Assembly: GCA_035281625.1 (NCBI GenBank)
Contig: DATEDO010000219.1
Span: forward strand, 3,952-67,951
DNA from: Candidatus Methylomirabilota bacterium
GTDB lineage: Bacteria; Methylomirabilota; Methylomirabilia; Rokubacteriales; CSP1-6
Reading direction: 5' to 3'
Length of the DNA: 64,000 nt
Below, piece by piece: positions 18,601 through 26,195 of this stretch (its first letter is position 1; each line of letters begins with the position of its first letter). The notes under the pieces were generated by a model. It was not told the DNA's origin and searched no databases. It saw only the letters and a program-made list of their open reading frames with translations. Position numbers and translations under genes: made by a program.

Positions 18601-19654
18601 TGTGGAGAACCATCCTCGGCGAGGTCGTCCACGTAGCCCAGCGCGAGAAGGCGAGCTGCTGCCCATCGGAGAGACCGACCATGAGCCCGGCGGGCCGGCG
18701 GGCGGTCGGGGCGACATCGAGCTTCAGCACGTCGGCCTTGCCGTCACCGTTGAAGTCGCCCGCGTAGACGCGCGCCTCACCATCGGTGTCCAGCCGACCC
18801 CACTCGGCGCCGCTGAAGGACCGCGTGCCGCCTCGCCCCATGGGCCCGCGGGACAGCCCCACCTGGAAGGCGCCCGAGGCCGGCTCCGGCACGAATCCCA
18901 GGCGCGGCACGGCGAACCGGCTGTACGAGAGCGTGCGCGTGACGTCCACGGGGGCGGACAGCGGGCCGGCAAGTCGCTGTACCGCGGTGTCCACCACCTC
19001 GCGCCGCGCGTTGCCGGAGAGCGAGATGCCGACCGGAGTGGGCTGGGCGCGCAGCCGGACCTGGCTGCCTTGCGCGTGCGGCGTCCCGAACGCCAGGGAT
19101 CCGCCGACCTGATAGTCGCTGATGGTGAGGGTGACGTCGTATCGTTCGTTGGCCTCGGGGACGAAGATCCGGCCGCTCACGCTCGCCCGCACGCTCAGGC
19201 CGAAGTAGACGATCTGATTGCCAGGATCGAAGGTGAAGCGGGGCGCGCCGCGCAGCTCGACGCGAGCCTGAGTGAGGCGCTCCAACCGCGCGTCGAGACC
19301 CTGCACCAGGGAAGCGATCTCGGGCCCGATCCAGGTGTTCAGCTCGCGCTCCGCCTCGGCGCCCGCCCGCTCCATCATCTCGGGCGTGAAGCGGAAGGCG
19401 CCGCGCTGCCGGAAGACGTCGCGCAGATTGCTCGAGACGATGCGGTTGCTGGCGTCGAACGTGATGACGATCACCGCTCCGTGCCAGGGTGCGAGCGTGT
19501 CGTTCGCGCCCTCGGCGGTGCCGAGCTGACGGGTATACGTCGCGACGTCGTAGTCGGTCAGGAAGAACGCCGGAGAGCAACCGCCCAGCGTGACGGCGGC
19601 GAGGGCCATCGCCGCGAGTGCCTGTCCAAGACGGCGCCGCCGTCGCCGGCTCAT
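15617..19654 (-). CDS. Giant secreted lipoprotein (1345 aa): N-terminal unknown domain, six FG-GAP/VCBS-type repeats, then a second ~10-unit propeller-like repeat module
   Basis: The signal peptide with lipobox is MSRRRRRRLGQALAAMALAAVTLGGC. GDFNGDGK(A/T)DV occurs five times and GDFDGGGRADV once (FG-GAP calcium-binding consensus). The C-terminal 740 aa contain repeated R-L-(R/Y/H)-H-x-R-(Y/F)-x-x-G-x-W-(S/T) units. The ATG at 19652-19654 overlaps the stop of the upstream gene. Confidence 0.8.
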   Translation of the reverse strand: MSRRRRRRLGQALAAMALAAVTLGGCSPAFFLTDYDVATYTRQLGTAEGANDTLAPWHGAVIVITFDASNRIVSSNLRDVFRQRGAFRFTPEMMERAGAEAERELNTWIGPEIASLVQGLDARLERLTQARVELRGAPRFTFDPGNQIVYFGLSVRASVSGRIFVPEANERYDVTLTISDYQVGGSLAFGTPHAQGSQVRLRAQPTPVGISLSGNARREVVDTAVQRLAGPLSAPVDVTRTLSYSRFAVPRLGFVPEPASGAFQVGLSRGPMGRGGTRSFSGAEWGRLDTDGEARVYAGDFNGDGKADVLKLDVAPTARRPAGLMVGLSDGQQLAFSRWATWTTSPRMVLHTGDFNGDGKTDVLIRDQYMSGIWVGLSDGRAFHFSRWSAAIVPQAWQVVVGDFNGDGKTDVLTIEVPLSGVRASGLRVGLSDGASFQFAAAPWATWDTYHEMKVLTGDFNGDGKTDVMKFDVPSGGVAQLGLWVGLSDGGRFTTTEWARWDTYREMKVLAGDFTGDGKTDVMKFDVPLSGTAEYGLWVGASTGTGFSTRQWARWDTSADMVVLAGDFDGGGRADVMQFAVTAPPPPRLRSTYLARPEVPEPTLHVAVRGGGGRLYHGRRESGGGGTFASVPLDQAMAGDPALLSAGGDRLDALAVSTSGRLLHATLRGGAWSQVATPASPPGVTFDAHRPAAVTTAAGQLEVVLRSVDGRLHHVRRLDGAWQAASALAAPRVVAAPPFRDPILVQAANKLVLIFADQASRLVVMAFDLETGLWGSAFNIPGATLAGAPSAAACGDGRVDVAYRRTDGTLVHQPLWAGIDVFRPNVGSSGVSWSPSTTLTGLAGAGDPTLACSGYRRLELLVTGSDRRLRHNHFTWAAGGNDGRNWAPGWQGWSAVGLPLERSGIVPAPRVAGGVAAAVTRDGQVHLMAKAWDTPASAARPMWHNSYRAARWGRWPWAAVHWRGWERSGWPDMVGLPALAVTDRHGDLVVVGADAGLQRAHLGDGIPARFTGGRAVAVPGYLAEPTAIATGPGVVDVVYVGADDRLRHLRYLDGALPIDVAVDPRPGIAAAARPVAVAVGDQLELVAMGSDRSLRHWRYRQGQWSGPSAIPGANNALSAPALIGVGAGRLELFAVLSDQRVHRWRFADAQWSAGVLLPSDFPVRATVFGSLAASSWGDGNVDLVVADEAQGRMYHRHVAPSDLPGRLRPLGVAPPGFAPIGGNAYDVITLSALGPTRLVVLTTGDRRLVSATSSSPPPARILRALRDGEIGPLEWQVDTPPGPLVVIAGMVAIGPAELLAAGIDPAGRLYVNRFRDWRWTGFQLWPGQSPDVQHRPLVPPSLTGR
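17914..18772 (-). repeat. Six tandem FG-GAP repeat-coding units (~50-55 codons each) inside the giant lipoprotein gene
   Basis: The protein-level repeats GDFNGDGKxDV...VGLSDG...F...W..W are spaced about 53 aa apart. The nucleotide-level periodicity follows from them. Confidence 0.7.
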
Positions 19655-20745
19655 GGCGCCGGCACCAGGGTGAACTCGATCCAGACCTGCTCGCCGGCGG
19701 AGGGCAGCGGGAAGCCGTCCTCCGCGCTGAACACGACGCGCCAGGTGAGCGTCGCGCCCGCTTGCGGCTCATCCGAGCGGTAGTTGGGCGTCACGAACAC
19801 GAGGTTGTGGTTCGGCCGGCAGAGCGACGCCCGATTGTTGGCCGGATCGGGGCCGAGATCGACAGCGCCGTCGGGGGCACTGGCCTCGCCGTGACAGTCC
19901 TGGACCGGCACGCCCTGGCTCCGGACCCGCACGTACTGGGGCGCGATCACCCGCTGCAGGGTGAAGGCGGGATCCATCAGGAGATCCCCCCCGCATTCGT
20001 CCCCCCGACCCTCCATCGGGGGGACGGCGCACGTTCCGACCAGCACGCGCACCTTGCTGACATGCAGCCGGGGGTCGAAGGCCTCCTTCACGGTCGTGGA
20101 GTCGCGGATTCCGCTCCAGAGCCATTCGTCGGAGGCAGCCCCGGGCTGCATGAGGCGAGGAGGCAGCGTGAACTTGCTCGACAGCACGTTGAACCGCACC
20201 GAGGTCCCCGGCTGGCTTGGTACCGGGGGCAGGTCGGGGTACGAGACGTGGGCCAGATAGTCGCCGGTTTCCGACGGCGCGAAGGTCGGAGGGTCGGAGG
20301 TCCCCGCGCAGCCGCTGGAGATGCTGAACCGGGCATCCTCGACCAGCATGTCGGAGTCGATTCGTCGGTGATTCACGGTGACCGACGTTGCGGTTGGGAC
20401 GGTGAACCGGCCGGTCGGGCAGCGGTCCTGCGGCAGACAGAAGTTGCAAGACTGACCGAACCGGATCTCGGGCCAGGTGACGGAGACCGGCGGGGCGGGG
20501 GCGACCCAGTACCGAACCCGCGCGGGAAGGCTCGCCCGGTCGTCGACGAAAGCCGGGACGAAGGTGGCGTCGGTCAGATGCACGCTGCCCGGCGCGAAGT
20601 CGAGCGGCGTCTGCGAAACGCAGGCGATCTGCGAGAGCAGAAGCAGGATGGCGCCGAGCCCGACGACGGCTTCGACCGCGAGGATGCCGCGCGACCGCGC
20701 CGGGGATCCGAGCGCGGCGCGTATGCGCGCGACAGCTGCGATCAT
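19651..20745 (-). CDS. Hypothetical secreted/membrane-anchored Cys-rich protein (364 aa)
   Basis: The ATG at 20743-20745 overlaps the lgt stop (ATGA). An N-terminal hydrophobic segment (ILAVEAVVGLGAILLLLSQIAC) precedes 10 Cys in the mature part. No recognizable family. The ORF-track N-terminal 204 codons overlap lgt out of frame and are Arg-rich, so they are rejected. Confidence 0.6.
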   Translation of the reverse strand: MIAAVARIRAALGSPARSRGILAVEAVVGLGAILLLLSQIACVSQTPLDFAPGSVHLTDATFVPAFVDDRASLPARVRYWVAPAPPVSVTWPEIRFGQSCNFCLPQDRCPTGRFTVPTATSVTVNHRRIDSDMLVEDARFSISSGCAGTSDPPTFAPSETGDYLAHVSYPDLPPVPSQPGTSVRFNVLSSKFTLPPRLMQPGAASDEWLWSGIRDSTTVKEAFDPRLHVSKVRVLVGTCAVPPMEGRGDECGGDLLMDPAFTLQRVIAPQYVRVRSQGVPVQDCHGEASAPDGAVDLGPDPANNRASLCRPNHNLVFVTPNYRSDEPQAGATLTWRVVFSAEDGFPLPSAGEQVWIEFTLVPAP

Positions 20746-21569
20746 GCGGCGGCCGCCCGCATCCGCAGCGCGCGACGGCGTCGCGCGGCCAGTCCGCCGA
20801 GTCCGATGAGGCCCAGGGCGGCGCCGATGAGCTGCGCTTCGGTGAGCCCGAACGCGATCGGGGGGTTGAGCCGGAGAAACTCGATACCGAAGCGCGCCGC
20901 GCTCGAGAGCACGAGATAGAGGCAGAAGACGCTGCCCTCCGGGTGCGATCTCCGGGCCCACAGAAGGAGCGCCGCGCAGATGAGGCCGGCGAGGAGGAAC
21001 TCGTATACCGGCGTGGGGTGGCAGGGCGTGTCGTCCGGCACCACGCCGTTGGGGAAGCTCGCCACGAGCTCGGGCAGCCCTGCGAACGCCCGCGAGGGCG
21101 GTACGAGACCGCCGTCGTATCGCGTTCCCCACGGCAGGTCGGTGGGCCGTCCGTAGTCGCCGTCGCCGGCCAGGTGGCAGCCGAGGCGGCCGATGCCATA
21201 GGCCAGCACGAGCGCGGGAGCGCCCGCGTCGGCGATGCGCGCCACCGGAAGCCCCCGAAGCCGCAGGTAGAGGAAGATCGCGGCCATCGCCGCGAGCAGC
21301 CCCCCGTACCAGGTCATGGTGTCGCGCCAGGCGCCGGCCCATGCGAGCAGGGACCACGCGCGACCCTCGTCGGCAAGGCTCAGCGCCTTGGATCCGGCCA
21401 CACCGAAAAGGATGGCGAGGGCCGTGATATCCCGGGCGACCCTCGCGTCCAAGGACCTTTGCCGTAGCTCGTAGGTCAGAAGCGCCGCGCCCACGACGAA
21501 GGCGGCGAGCAGCATGAGTCCATAGCCGTAGACGGGGACCTGCCCGATGTGGAAAAGCACCGGCGCCAT
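20742..21569 (-). CDS. lgt: Prolipoprotein diacylglyceryl transferase
   Basis: 275 aa. Lgt signature segments include GRLGCHLAGDGDYGRPTDLPWG, HPTPVYEFLLAGL and YLVLSSAARFGIEFLR. It has multiple TM helices. Confidence 0.85.
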   Translation of the reverse strand: MAPVLFHIGQVPVYGYGLMLLAAFVVGAALLTYELRQRSLDARVARDITALAILFGVAGSKALSLADEGRAWSLLAWAGAWRDTMTWYGGLLAAMAAIFLYLRLRGLPVARIADAGAPALVLAYGIGRLGCHLAGDGDYGRPTDLPWGTRYDGGLVPPSRAFAGLPELVASFPNGVVPDDTPCHPTPVYEFLLAGLICAALLLWARRSHPEGSVFCLYLVLSSAARFGIEFLRLNPPIAFGLTEAQLIGAALGLIGLGGLAARRRRALRMRAAAA

Positions 21570-21637
21570 CTCGGCGGGGAATATCTCACCGATGGCGGCT
21601 CAACGCCAGCGCGATGCGGGGAACTATTGAGCGCCGG

Positions 21638-23431
21638 CTACCAGGCCAGGGCGTACGTGGGGCGCCGCGGGTCCGCGCCGGCGGCCAGTACGCCGGTGGC
21701 GGGATCCCGCTGCGTCACCACCGCGCCGATGCCGCAGGCGCCCATCTCGATCACGCGGTGGCCGAGGGCGGCGAGCGCCTCGCGCGTGGCCGCGGGAATG
21801 CCCGGCTCCACGTTCAGCACGCCGGGCTTGTAGGCGCGCGGGTAGAACGAGTTGGTGAGCGTCTGGGTGGAGAAGCGCGGCGCTTCCACCGCCTGCTGCG
21901 GGTTCATCCCGAAGACGAGCAGGTTCAGCACGATCTGGAGATCGGCCTGCGCCTGATCGTCGCCGCCGGGGCAGCCCACCGTGGTCGTGGGCACGCCGTT
22001 CTCGGCGATGAGGTAGCTCACCAGGGTCGTGCGCGGGCGCTTGCCGGGGGCGAGCGCGTTGGGATGCCCCTCCTCGAGCACGAACATCTCGCTCCTCGTG
22101 CTCAGTGTGCAGCCGAGCTCGGGAGAGAACGCCGATTTCCGGAACACGCCCCCGCTCGGGGTGAGCGCCACCATGCTGCCGTCGCGGTCGATGGCCGCGA
22201 TGTGAGTGGTGCCGTCGGGGATGGGCGCGGTGGCGTCCGCGCGGGGCGTGGCGGCCGCGCGAGCCCGGGCGGCGCAATCGGGCCAGAGATCGCCCGGCGC
22301 GGGCGCCTCGGGCGCGGCGCGGTCCATGCGGATCAGCGCGGCGCGCTCCCTCGCGTAGGCGGGCGCCAGGAGCTCGGCCATGGGCACCGCGGCGTGCTCG
22401 GGATCACCGTAGTAGCGCTCGCGATCGGCGAAGGCGAGCTTGAGCGCCTCCGCCACCACGTGGATGTAGGCGGGGGTGTTGTGTCCCAGCGCGCGGAGGT
22501 CCACGTCCGCGAGCATGGTGAGCGCCTGCATGAGCACCGGCCCCTGGGTCCAGGGGCCCTGACCGAGAATCTCCCGTCCCGCGAAGCTCACGCGAAGCGG
22601 GGCCTCCAGCCGCGCGCGATAGCCGGCGAGGTCGGACGCGCGCAGCAGGCCGCCGAGCCGGGCCGAGAAGGCGCCGATGGTCTCGGCCACGTCGCCCTGA
22701 TAGAAGCGCCCCCGCGCGGCGGCGATCTCGGCGGCCCGATGATCGGTTGCCGGTTGTTCCGGCCCGGCGAGTCGGCGAAGCGTCGCGGCGAGGGCGGGCT
22801 GGGAGACGAGCGCGCCCAGCGGCGGCACGCGACCGCCGGGATAGAACACGTCGTGGCCGCCCGGCGGGTAGCGATCGAACTGCTGGCGCGACTCGGGAAT
22901 GGCCAGCATGCGGTGCATGTAGTCGTACATGGGGAAGCCGCGCTCGGCGTACTCGAGCGCCGGCGCCAGCACGTCGCTGACCGAGCGCGTCCCGTGCCGC
23001 TCCAGCAGGGTGAGAAAGGCGTCCACCGCGCCCGGCACCGTGAACGAGAGATGCGCGTCGGCGCCCGGTCCGGTGGGGATGCGGTCGAGGCCCCGGCCGC
23101 GGAAGAACGGGATGGTCGCGAGCGCGGGGGCCGTGCCCTGGCCGCTCAGGGCCAGCGTCTCGCCGCGGCGGGCGTCGTGGATCATGGCCACGCACTCGCC
23201 GCAGAGCGTGTAGGACGCGGTCGGCTCCACCACCGCGGCAGCGAGGCCGGCGGCGGCGGCGGCGTCGAAGGCGTTGCCCCCGGCGATGAGCATGCGCATG
23301 CCCGCCATCGCGACGAGGGGATGGCCCGCGCTGACCACACCCTGCGTGCCCGACACGACGGGCCGGGTGGTGGCGCGCTCCGCGGTGTGGTGCTCCATCT
23401 CGTGAACTCGAGGGCCGGGAGTCGTGGTCAT
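21638..23431 (-). CDS. ggt: Gamma-glutamyltransferase family protein
   Basis: 597 aa. Ntn-hydrolase GGT motifs include GGNAFDAAAAAGLAAAVVEP and a T-rich catalytic region (PDGTTHIAAIDRDGSMVALTPS). AGGAGG lies 12 nt upstream of the ATG at 23431. Confidence 0.85.
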   Translation of the reverse strand: MTTTPGPRVHEMEHHTAERATTRPVVSGTQGVVSAGHPLVAMAGMRMLIAGGNAFDAAAAAGLAAAVVEPTASYTLCGECVAMIHDARRGETLALSGQGTAPALATIPFFRGRGLDRIPTGPGADAHLSFTVPGAVDAFLTLLERHGTRSVSDVLAPALEYAERGFPMYDYMHRMLAIPESRQQFDRYPPGGHDVFYPGGRVPPLGALVSQPALAATLRRLAGPEQPATDHRAAEIAAARGRFYQGDVAETIGAFSARLGGLLRASDLAGYRARLEAPLRVSFAGREILGQGPWTQGPVLMQALTMLADVDLRALGHNTPAYIHVVAEALKLAFADRERYYGDPEHAAVPMAELLAPAYARERAALIRMDRAAPEAPAPGDLWPDCAARARAAATPRADATAPIPDGTTHIAAIDRDGSMVALTPSGGVFRKSAFSPELGCTLSTRSEMFVLEEGHPNALAPGKRPRTTLVSYLIAENGVPTTTVGCPGGDDQAQADLQIVLNLLVFGMNPQQAVEAPRFSTQTLTNSFYPRAYKPGVLNVEPGIPAATREALAALGHRVIEMGACGIGAVVTQRDPATGVLAAGADPRRPTYALAW

Positions 23432-23731
23432 TCGGGCAGGCGCCTCCTCGCGCGTCCCTCGATCGTAACACCGCCGGCCTTGACAGGGGCGGGCCGCCCG
23501 CGTACAAGGGACGGCACCATGTGGTGCCGTTTCAAGCGCGCCCAGAAGAGCCGGCTGGGGTCCCGAAAGGCGGGACGCCCAGCGACGGCGGTGGCGCGCG
23601 CCAGAGGAGAGTGCAGTCGAACGCCCTAGTCAGGCTGGCTGACTGATCCTTCTCGAATCCCTGAGGCCCGTGGCCACCCGGTCGCGGGCCTCTTTGCGTT
23701 TCACCATCCTACAGCCATGGAGAAGAGCGTC

Positions 23732-24619
23732 ATGACAGACATCTCGGGAATCTGGCTGCCCATCATCACCCCGTTCCGCGACGGTGCGGTGGACCTTACG
23801 AGCTACGAGCGGTTGCTCGAGCACTATCTCGACCGCGGGGTGGCGGGGATATTCCCGCTCGGCACCACCGGCGAGAGCCCCACCCTTGACGAGGACGAGA
23901 TGGAGGCCCTGGTCGATCGCACCGTGACCGTGGTCGCGGGCCGCGTGCCGGTCTTCGTGGGCATCGGCGGCAACGCCACCGCCAGGGTGGTGAAGGCGGT
24001 GGAGCGCCTCGAGCGTTATCGCTTCGAGGGGATCGTCTCGGTGTGCCCGTACTACAACCGCCCCGGTCAGGACGGTCTCCACGCCCACTTCACGCGCATC
24101 GCGGAGGCCACCGCGCGCGAGATCCTCATCTACAACATTCCGTACCGCACCAGTGTGAACCTCCTGAACGACACGCTCCTGCGCCTGGCCGAGCTGCCGA
24201 ACATCGTGGGCGTGAAGGATTCCAGCGGCAATCTCGCGCAGTCGCTGGAGCTGCTGCGCCGGCGCCCGCGGGGCTTCGCGGTCATGACCGGCGACGACGG
24301 CCAGCTCTACACCACGATGGCGCACGGCGGCGACGGCGGCATCCTGGCCTCGGCCCACCTCGACACCGAACACTTTATCGCGGTGTATCAACGCATGATC
24401 GCGAACGACCATCGCGGTGCCCGCGCGGAATGGGCGCGGCTGGAAGCGCTGGTCTCGCTTCTCTTCAAGGAAGCCAATCCGATGCCGATCAAGCATTGCC
24501 TCTGGCGCCGGGGTCTCATCGCCTCGCCGGAGTGCCGCCTGCCGCTCACCCGCGTGTCCCCCGAGCTGGCGGAGGCGCTCGACGGGCTCGTGCCCGCGGT
24601 CGGGGTTCAGGCGGCCTGA
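23732..24619 (+). CDS. Dihydrodipicolinate synthase/N-acetylneuraminate lyase family (class I aldolase, DapA-like)
   Basis: The Schiff-base lysine is in GVKDSSG, with a GTTGE motif. The start is chosen at the ATG at 23732 (MTDISGIWLPIITPF), which has GGAGAAG upstream. The alternative ATG at 23717 lacks an RBS. Confidence 0.8.
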   Translation: MTDISGIWLPIITPFRDGAVDLTSYERLLEHYLDRGVAGIFPLGTTGESPTLDEDEMEALVDRTVTVVAGRVPVFVGIGGNATARVVKAVERLERYRFEGIVSVCPYYNRPGQDGLHAHFTRIAEATAREILIYNIPYRTSVNLLNDTLLRLAELPNIVGVKDSSGNLAQSLELLRRRPRGFAVMTGDDGQLYTTMAHGGDGGILASAHLDTEHFIAVYQRMIANDHRGARAEWARLEALVSLLFKEANPMPIKHCLWRRGLIASPECRLPLTRVSPELAEALDGLVPAVGVQAA

Positions 24620-25353
24620 TCAGGGCCGTCCGATCGGAGCCAGCGCAGGCGCGACCGGGGGCCGGGATCGAGGACGAGCGCCTCGGGCGCGCGCCGCAGG
24701 AGGCCGGTGGCGCAAAGACCGGCGAGGGCGGTGTCGGCGAGGGGAGTGAAGGCCTTCAGAGCCGTATCGTCCTCGACGAGGCCCAGCCACACGAGATGGG
24801 GGCCATCCGTGCGCACAGGGTGGCGCGGGAAGTTGTTGGGGACGTCGAGCGTCGCGAGCGCGCCGACCTCTCGCACGCCGGCCTCGCGATAGCGCGCGAA
24901 GGCCGTCTCCGCCGCCGGGGCGAAGGCGTCGAGGCGCCCCTCGGCCACGGTGAAGATCTGCGCGAGCGCGACCCCACGGGTGCCCCCCTGCCCGCGGATC
25001 GGATCCACGGCGGGCAGCGCGGGAATGCCCTTCTCGGTGCCGCGGAGCGGCCGGAGCAGCAGCACATTGGTGTGATCGAGCAGGCGCGCATTGGCCGCGG
25101 CCGCGTGCTCTTTCCAGAGCGGGCCGTCGTAGAAGGCTTCGCAGACCGTGCGGCGGGCCGCCACGTCGGGAAAGCCGCGGAGCCAGGTGACGGTGTCGGG
25201 GGTGCGCTCCACGAAGTCGCCCAGGATCATCGCGCCCAGCTGCTGAAACGCCTCGGGGAAGAAGCTCTCGAAGTACCGCGAGAACGCGGGCGCCTCCCCG
25301 GCGCGTACCGCGTAGCGACGGAGCTCGAGCACGGGGAAGCGCGGGGCGTCCAT
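24607..25353 (-). CDS. NIPSNAP family protein (tandem NIPSNAP-like domains)
   Basis: 248 aa. The N-terminal LELRRYAVRAGEAPAFSRYFESFFPEAF pattern is typical of NIPSNAP dimeric alpha/beta-barrel proteins. Its 3' end overlaps the convergent DapA-like gene by 13 nt. Confidence 0.6.
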   Translation of the reverse strand: MDAPRFPVLELRRYAVRAGEAPAFSRYFESFFPEAFQQLGAMILGDFVERTPDTVTWLRGFPDVAARRTVCEAFYDGPLWKEHAAAANARLLDHTNVLLLRPLRGTEKGIPALPAVDPIRGQGGTRGVALAQIFTVAEGRLDAFAPAAETAFARYREAGVREVGALATLDVPNNFPRHPVRTDGPHLVWLGLVEDDTALKAFTPLADTALAGLCATGLLRRAPEALVLDPGPRSRLRWLRSDGPDQAA

Positions 25354-25659
25354 CTAGGTGACTTGCCGCGTGCGGGCCACGTCGAGCGGATGATCCAGCA
25401 GCGGTTCCACCGTCTCGATGAGGCGAACAGTGTGGGGAAGGGCGGCATGGCGCTCGAAGGCGGCCTCGTCCGGCCAGCGCGAATGGACGTAGAAGAGGCG
25501 CGGGTCGCGGAGCGAGCGGTACACCGCCACGCTCAAGCAATCCGGCTCCCGGCGTGTGAGCGGCGTCACCTCCGCGAACGCGGCGGCCACGGCCTCCTCG
25601 TGGCCGGCGCGCGCGTGAAAGCGCCCGACTATTACCAACTCCGCGGGCACCAGCTCCAT
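25354..25659 (-). CDS. Antibiotic-biosynthesis-monooxygenase (ABM) domain protein / putative quinol monooxygenase
   Basis: 101 aa. It has the ferredoxin-like ABM pattern (VIVGRFHARAGHEEAV...YVHSRWPDEAAFERH). The stop abuts the NIPSNAP start. Confidence 0.7.
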   Translation of the reverse strand: MELVPAELVIVGRFHARAGHEEAVAAAFAEVTPLTRREPDCLSVAVYRSLRDPRLFYVHSRWPDEAAFERHAALPHTVRLIETVEPLLDHPLDVARTRQVT

Positions 25660-25662
25660 CGG

Positions 25663-26136
25663 TTACTCCTTCCGCGTCATCTCCATGATCCAGTTCGTCT
25701 CCCAGGCGTGGCCGCCGTCGAGGGAGAGGGCCTGTTCCCACCGGCAGGTGGTCGGCGTGATGCCGGACCAGATGAAGCGCGCGTACACCGCCTGCCCCTG
25801 ATGGAGTTCCTGGTTGTAGAACTCGCCCCGGCCGTCGAGGAAGCGGCCGATCATGGGGGCGTCGAAGATGCCGGCGGCGCGGTTGGCCCAGTAGAGTCGC
25901 CACTGTCTACGGCCGGGCTCGTAGAGCCGCACCGTCATGCCGTGGATGCGTCCGAAGGGGGCGTCGGCCTCGTACTCGTCCACGTTGGCGGCGCCGCCCC
26001 AGACCGGCCGGGCCACGCAGCTGCCGTCGAACACGTCCCACTCCGTCGAGCCGGCGAGACGCTCCCGCAGCCGGCGATTGCGGATGGCCCAGCTCCCGAA
26101 GAAGAAGTCGAAATCCTTCTGGCCGTCGTGGTCCAT
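25663..26136 (-). CDS. Conserved hypothetical protein (157 aa)
   Basis: The ORF is clean and coding-like (MDHDGQKDFDFFFGSWAIRN...), and lies 3 nt upstream of the ABM gene. No family is recognized. Confidence 0.55.
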   Translation of the reverse strand: MDHDGQKDFDFFFGSWAIRNRRLRERLAGSTEWDVFDGSCVARPVWGGAANVDEYEADAPFGRIHGMTVRLYEPGRRQWRLYWANRAAGIFDAPMIGRFLDGRGEFYNQELHQGQAVYARFIWSGITPTTCRWEQALSLDGGHAWETNWIMEMTRKE

Positions 26137-26195
26137 GGCCCGGAGCGTAGCGGCGCTTTGGTATGCTCACAATGGCCATTCCGGGAAGAGTCACC

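Noticed and set aside
15653-19783. Long plus-strand ORFs (481 aa, 855 aa and others) across the giant lipoprotein locus
   Set aside because: They are antisense to a gene with clear domain repeats and lipobox signal, and they have Arg/Gly/Glu-rich low-complexity translations.
19651-21357. Possibility that the 568-aa ORF is a single large protein fused to lgt
   Set aside because: Its first 204 codons are in a different frame from lgt over the same DNA and are Arg-rich. An in-frame ATG with ATGA coupling at 20745 gives a sensible 364-aa product.
21614-23629. 671-aa plus-strand ORF
   Set aside because: It is antisense to ggt and has no motifs.
23432-23731. Lysine riboswitch (L-box) upstream of the DapA-family gene
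   Set aside because: No L-box conserved core helices could be recognized by eye. It is kept only as an unspecified structured leader in the findings.
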